Positions 58,943 to 64,000 of a DNA stretch of 64,000 nucleotides are shown here, piece after piece. Below the pieces are notes generated by a model. It worked only from the letters and a program-made list of their open reading frames with translations. It was not told where the DNA came from and searched no databases. The position numbers and the translations under genes are program-made. The stretch lies in NCBI GenBank assembly GCA_050250895.1, contig JBFWNU010000001.1:3315557-3379556 (forward strand). The letters are read 5' to 3'. The number at the start of each line of letters is the position of its first letter. Position 1 is the stretch's first letter. The stretch comes from Vulcanimicrobiota bacterium. GTDB taxonomy: Bacteria; Vulcanimicrobiota; Xenobia; Xenobiales; JADMJV01.

Positions 58943-61900
58943 ATGCAGCGACTTCTAGGCATCCTCCTCATTCTCGCCCTGGCCGGCTGCGGCCAACTCG
59001 AAACGGGCACATCCACGACGCCCGACCCAGTGGCGGGCTTGAGCGGCGACGGCCTCATCGACTATGTGCGCCAGGGCCCTACAGGCAGTCAGGTGGGCCT
59101 GTCCCAGCAGGCCTTCGGAGGCGAGCGCTATGTGGTCTTCCACACCGCTGAAGCGCTCATCTCGACCGACACCAACGGGATGGAAGATGTCTATCTGATG
59201 GACCTTCTGCTGGGCAACCTCGAGCGCATCAGTCTGGGCGTGGGCGGAGCCCAGCCCGACGGGGCCAGCAGCTGGGCCACCGTCAGTATCGACGGCCGCT
59301 ATGTGGCCTTCGAGTCGCGGGCCGAAAACCTGGTGGCGACCGACGGCAACGGCCACCAAGACGTGTTCTTGCGCGACCGCACCAAAGGCCAGACCATCCT
59401 GGTCAGCAACGGCGGCGACGGCGACAGCTTCGACGCCCAGATCTCGGGCCTGGGGCTCAAGTTGATGTTCACCTCGGCCGCTACCAATCTGGTGCCCGGC
59501 GACACCAACGGACAACTCGACTGCTTTCTCTACGACCTGGCCAGCACCAGTCTGGTGCGGGCCAGCCTGGACCGCAACGGCAACCAGATCGAGGGCTCGG
59601 ACTCGACCGACCCGGCCATCAGCTATACCGGCAACCAGTTCGTCTTCGCCTCGGCCGGAACCAACCTGCCTCTTTACAACGGCTTTCGCCAGATCTACGG
59701 GGTGAAAGTCAAGAACCTCAAGCCGTTCTTGCTTAGCTATGGGCCGGGCAACCAGCCCGGCAACGGGCACAGCTCGGCCCCGTCGATTGCCGCCCAGGCC
59801 AAGAAGGTCGTCTTCACGTCCGAGGCCGCCGACCTGGTCGCGGACGACAGCAACGGCGTGGCCGACCTGTTCGTGTTCGACCTCGACGCAGCCGGGGTGA
59901 CCCGGGGCTCGCTCGATTCGGGCGGTAACCAGCTCAACGGCCCCAGCACGGTGGGCGCCCTCAGTGGCGACGGCACCCAGCTGGCCTTCATCACCGAGGC
60001 CAGCGGGGCCGCCAGCGGCGACGGCGACGCCCAACCCGACGCCATCTTGAAAGACCTGACCACCGGCCAGACCACCCTCGTCAGCCGCGATAGCAGCGGC
60101 ACCAAAGCCAACGGACCCTCGGGCGGGGTGAGCGTGAGCCTCTCAGGAGCCAGAGCGGTCTTCGGCACCCTGGCCACGAACCTGCAGCCGTTCGACACTA
60201 CCAACGACGGCGACATCTATGTGCACCAACCCGATGTTGGCAACACCATCCTGGCCAGCCAGGCTTTTCAGTCGTCGACGGGGTTTGAGGGACGGCGCAC
60301 CTTGACGATCCAATACCAGGGGATCCCCGAGACAGTCGATGTGAACAACGACGGACGCATTGATCTCATCTGGGTCGACCGCGACAGCTATGGGAGTCTA
60401 GGGACCGTCCAGGTGGCTCTGGGTGAGACCGATGGATTCGGGACGCCAATCTCCACCGGAATCATCGCCAACTATGTAGCCGTAGGTCAGTTCGGTGGAG
60501 ACGCCAATCTAGACCTGGTTTGCCTCGGCGGCCGCGCTCTCTCATTGGCTCTTGGCGATGGCAGCGGTGGTTTTGCGACACCCACCGCCGTCACAACCTT
60601 TCCGTATCTGTCCTTTTCGACTTTCTACGGGTTGGTGACGGCGGACTTCAACGGTGACGGTCACGACGATATCTTGGCGCAGCGCTACAAGCAGAGTCCG
60701 ACCGGCTCGCCCGGAACCGACTACAGTCAGGGGCTGATCGTGACCGGCAATGGCGCGGGTATCTTTGCTGCTCCGGTTACCGTGCCCATAGAAGGCTCCG
60801 TGGCGGGTCTACGGGTGGGCCGACTCGACAACGATAATCGTGCCGATCTGGTGACCCTCGAAGTGGTGAACTACGACACCAACCTGTACAAGGTTCACAG
60901 TCGACTAGGCACGGGCACGACCGTGATTACCGACATCGCCACGCTCGATGACGTGGTGAGTTTCAACCTCGGCGACTATAACAGTGACGGAATTGACGAC
61001 CTCGTGATCGGGCTCTACGCCAAGGGGGTCCAACTCTATCTTGGTGACGGCGCTGGGGGCTTCGTCCATCAGGCGGACTACGTCCTGGCTGAGCCGGCTA
61101 CCGTCAGCGAGCCCACGATTGCCGACGTGACCGGCGACCTGGTGCCTGACCTGGTGTTCGATAAGCAATATCGGCTTGAGATGATTCCTGGGAATGGAGT
61201 GGACCTGAGCGGTACGCCCCAGGTTATCTTTCCTGGCGACCTCGGAGGCCCCCTGCGTGTGATCGACGCCGACGACGATGGCGACCTGGACCTTTTTGCG
61301 ATGGCCGTGCAGTCGGATACGACCAGCGCCGACGTCATGGTGCTGCCGAACCTCGGCGGCAACTTCTGGCCCTACTCGTCGTCGCCGGCCTGGTTCGCCC
61401 TGGTTGGCGACTTTCTGGGCAACTTGTTTCTCGACGCGGTCTATGCGGTCCGTGCGGACTATACTACACCCTTTGAAGGTGACGGAAAGGGAGGCCTGCA
61501 GGCGGGTCCTGGCTCGCCCATTCCCCTGGGTGGCGCGGAACAATTGCTCCGAGGAGACTTCAACAGTGATGGGTTGCTCGACCTGATCGTCGTGAGTGAC
61601 TCGTACGCGTGCGTCGTGTTCCTCGCCTCTGGCGGGGGAAGCTTCACCGCGGGCCAGACCCTACCGATCAGCGGGAGTGGCAGAGCCGCTGACATTGACG
61701 GCGACGGGGACCTCGACCTGGTCCTGGCCTGCATTTCGGGCGTGCAGGTCTGGGTAGGGAACGGCGACGGCACTTTTACGGCCGGGCCGATTCTGGCTGC
61801 CGATCTCGTTTTCGTTTCTGAAAGCGTGCACCTCGAGTTGGTGGATTTAAACGAGGATGGACGACTTGACCTGGTCTTGGGCCGGCGGTGGGACCGGCAA

Positions 61901-62452
61901 CTAGCCGTGGCCTTGAACACAGGTGGGGCTAACTTTGGCTCGTTCACCTCTTTAGCCTCCGCTGGTCATCCGTTTGAACCGCGGAGTGCGGACGTGAACC
62001 ACGACGGGCACGCCGACCTGATCGTCAAGCATGGGCCCCGCCTGTCGATGACTTACTCGCTCTCACTGTCGGGCATCCCCACGGAACAGCCCCAATACGA
62101 CTATCACGCAGCAGTGGTCGCGTTGGGAGGCTGGAAATGGGTTGGTGGGGGCCTGAGTTGTTGGCTGGGGGACGGGGCCGGGGGGTTGACCGAGGTTGGC
62201 TACCAGGCCTTACCTTCGTGGCTGGGTTCCACGATGGAAATCGGCGATCTAGATGGCGACGGCGAGGTCGACGTGGCCCTCGGCGGGCATCTTCGCTCGG
62301 TGGTCGCGCTCTACAAAGGAGACGGGACAGGCCAGTTCACTCTATCAGGAAGTTGGGTCTTTCCCGGCGACTTGGGGGCCATCGCAGACCTCAACGGCGA
62401 CGGCCGTCTCGACCTTGTGGGCGGCGGCCCGTTCAACCTGTTAGGAAAGTGA
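58943..62452 (+). CDS. FG-GAP repeat lipoprotein, copy 4
   Basis: Same N-domain; C-half closest to copy 1. Confidence 0.92.
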   Translation: MQRLLGILLILALAGCGQLETGTSTTPDPVAGLSGDGLIDYVRQGPTGSQVGLSQQAFGGERYVVFHTAEALISTDTNGMEDVYLMDLLLGNLERISLGVGGAQPDGASSWATVSIDGRYVAFESRAENLVATDGNGHQDVFLRDRTKGQTILVSNGGDGDSFDAQISGLGLKLMFTSAATNLVPGDTNGQLDCFLYDLASTSLVRASLDRNGNQIEGSDSTDPAISYTGNQFVFASAGTNLPLYNGFRQIYGVKVKNLKPFLLSYGPGNQPGNGHSSAPSIAAQAKKVVFTSEAADLVADDSNGVADLFVFDLDAAGVTRGSLDSGGNQLNGPSTVGALSGDGTQLAFITEASGAASGDGDAQPDAILKDLTTGQTTLVSRDSSGTKANGPSGGVSVSLSGARAVFGTLATNLQPFDTTNDGDIYVHQPDVGNTILASQAFQSSTGFEGRRTLTIQYQGIPETVDVNNDGRIDLIWVDRDSYGSLGTVQVALGETDGFGTPISTGIIANYVAVGQFGGDANLDLVCLGGRALSLALGDGSGGFATPTAVTTFPYLSFSTFYGLVTADFNGDGHDDILAQRYKQSPTGSPGTDYSQGLIVTGNGAGIFAAPVTVPIEGSVAGLRVGRLDNDNRADLVTLEVVNYDTNLYKVHSRLGTGTTVITDIATLDDVVSFNLGDYNSDGIDDLVIGLYAKGVQLYLGDGAGGFVHQADYVLAEPATVSEPTIADVTGDLVPDLVFDKQYRLEMIPGNGVDLSGTPQVIFPGDLGGPLRVIDADDDGDLDLFAMAVQSDTTSADVMVLPNLGGNFWPYSSSPAWFALVGDFLGNLFLDAVYAVRADYTTPFEGDGKGGLQAGPGSPIPLGGAEQLLRGDFNSDGLLDLIVVSDSYACVVFLASGGGSFTAGQTLPISGSGRAADIDGDGDLDLVLACISGVQVWVGNGDGTFTAGPILAADLVFVSESVHLELVDLNEDGRLDLVLGRRWDRQLAVALNTGGANFGSFTSLASAGHPFEPRSADVNHDGHADLIVKHGPRLSMTYSLSLSGIPTEQPQYDYHAAVVALGGWKWVGGGLSCWLGDGAGGLTEVGYQALPSWLGSTMEIGDLDGDGEVDVALGGHLRSVVALYKGDGTGQFTLSGSWVFPGDLGAIADLNGDGRLDLVGGGPFNLLGK

Positions 62453-62454
62453 CC

Positions 62455-64000
62455 ATGCAGCGACTTCTAGGCATCCTCCTCATCCTCGCTCTGGCCGGCT
62501 GCGGCCAGCTCGAAACGGGCACATCCACGACGCCCGACCCAGTGGCCGGCCTGAGCGGCGACGGCCTCATCGACTATGTGCGCCAGGGCCCTACAGGCAG
62601 TCAGGTGGGCCTGTCCCAACAGGCCTTCGGAGGCGAGCGCTATGTGGTCTTTCACACCGCTGAAGCGCTCATCTCGACCGACACCAACGGAATGGAAGAT
62701 GTCTATCTGATGGACCTGCTGCTGGGCAACCTCGAGCGCGTCAGTCTGGGAGTGGGCGGAGCCCAGCCCGACGGGGCCAGCAACTGGGCCACCGTCAGTA
62801 TCGACGGCCGCTATGTGGCCTTCGAATCGCGCGCCGAGAACCTGGTGGCGGCCGACGGCAACGGCCATCAAGACGTGTTCTTGCGCGACCGCACCAAAGG
62901 CCAGACTATTCTGGTCAGCCAGGGAGGCGACGGCGACAGCTTCGACGCCCAGCTCTCGGGCCTGGGGCTCAAGTTGATGTTCACCTCGGCCGCTACCAAT
63001 CTGGTGGCCGGCGACACCAACGGCCATCTGGACTGCTTTCTCTACGACCTGGCCGCCACCAACCTGGTGCGGGCCAGCCTGGACCGCAACGGCAACCAGA
63101 TCGAGGGCTCCGACTCGACCGACCCGGCCATCAGCTATACGGGCAACCAGTTCGTCTTTGCCTCGGGCGGGACCAACCTGCCCCTCTATAACGGCTTTCG
63201 CCAGATTTACGGAGCCCGCGCCAAGAACCTCAAGCCGTTCTTGCTCAGCTATGGGCCGGGCAACCAGCCTGGCACTGGCCACAGCTCGGCTCCCTCTATC
63301 GCCAGCTTCGCCAAGAAGGTCGTCTTCACGTCGGAGGCGGCCGACCTGGTCGCGGGCGACAGCAACGGCGTGGCCGACCTGTTCGTCTTCAACCTCGACG
63401 CGGCCGGGGTCACCCGGGCTTCTCTCGACTCGAGCGGCAACCAGCTCAACGGCCCCAGCACGGTGGGTGCGCTCAGTGGCGACGGCACCCAGCTGGCCTT
63501 CATCACCGAGGCCAGCGGAGCGGCCAGCGGCGACGGCGACACCCAGCCCGACGCCATCTTGAAAGACCTGACCACCGGCCAGACCACCCTCGTCAGCCGC
63601 GATAGCAGCGGCACCAAGGCCAACGGCGCCTCGGGCGGGGTGAGTGTGAGCCTCTCAGGAGCCAGAGCGGTCTTCGGCACCCTGGCCACGAACCTGCAGC
63701 CGTTCGACACCACCAACGACGGCGACATCTATGTGCACCAGCCCGATGTGGGCAATACCATCCTGGCCAGCCAGGCGTTTCAGCCCTCGACCGGCTTTGC
63801 GGGGCGGCGCAGCCTGTCGATCGAGTATAGCACCATTCCTGAGACGCCCGACCTCAATAAGGATGGCTTCTTGGATATGGTGTGGAGCGACGCTACCGGA
63901 GAAATCCAGGTTGCGCTGGGCCAGTCTGACGGCTTTGCAGAGGCAATCTCTCCTGGCTTTACGGGTTCGGCCCTCGCGGTGGACAAATTCGACGGGGATA
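62455..64000 (+). CDS. FG-GAP repeat lipoprotein, copy 5 (3' end beyond window)
   Basis: ATG CAG CGA CTT CTA at 62455, with the same N-domain. Open to the window end, so absent from the ORF track. Confidence 0.9.
   Translation, partial: MQRLLGILLILALAGCGQLETGTSTTPDPVAGLSGDGLIDYVRQGPTGSQVGLSQQAFGGERYVVFHTAEALISTDTNGMEDVYLMDLLLGNLERVSLGVGGAQPDGASNWATVSIDGRYVAFESRAENLVAADGNGHQDVFLRDRTKGQTILVSQGGDGDSFDAQLSGLGLKLMFTSAATNLVAGDTNGHLDCFLYDLAATNLVRASLDRNGNQIEGSDSTDPAISYTGNQFVFASGGTNLPLYNGFRQIYGARAKNLKPFLLSYGPGNQPGTGHSSAPSIASFAKKVVFTSEAADLVAGDSNGVADLFVFNLDAAGVTRASLDSSGNQLNGPSTVGALSGDGTQLAFITEASGAASGDGDTQPDAILKDLTTGQTTLVSRDSSGTKANGASGGVSVSLSGARAVFGTLATNLQPFDTTNDGDIYVHQPDVGNTILASQAFQPSTGFAGRRSLSIEYSTIPETPDLNKDGFLDMVWSDATGEIQVALGQSDGFAEAISPGFTGSALAVDKFDGD

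Noticed and set aside
48338-64000. Diversity-generating retroelement or shufflon behind the FG-GAP array
   Set aside because: No reverse transcriptase or recombinase in the window, all copies face the same way, and differences are not adenine-specific.

Overview
High-GC bacterial accessory region with no rRNA, tRNA, Cas or transposase genes. Its gene content recalls Candidatus Eremiobacterota/Vulcanimicrobiota, but that is only an impression. Left end: the 5' part of a giant (>2245 aa) minus-strand protein that the ORF track missed, with EAKPAP repeats, YD-like repeats and clear annexin repeats. Middle: GST, DUF3160 lipoprotein, L,D-transpeptidase, VWA protein, a GAF kinase with a REC-BTAD regulator, a heme-thiolate peroxidase-like protein, a DUF222-like/HNH endonuclease, an esterase, an ECF sigma/anti-sigma/Ser-Thr kinase operon, VanW, a Tgl-like transglutaminase with 35 NPNTGA repeats, and alpha-2-macroglobulin. 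Three degenerate GHKL/Hsp90-like paralogues are scattered through it. Right end: a tandem array of at least five mosaic FG-GAP lipoproteins. There are three non-CRISPR palindromic repeat arrays (8.8-9.8, 26.0-27.0 and 38.3-38.6 kb). The best candidate for a new system is the HNH gene plus a parS-shaped palindrome, CTTCC-N4-GGAAG. The palindrome occurs inside the gene, ahead of two of the arrays, within the units of the adjacent array, and in a dispersed solo unit. All family calls come from reading motifs by eye, not from database searches.
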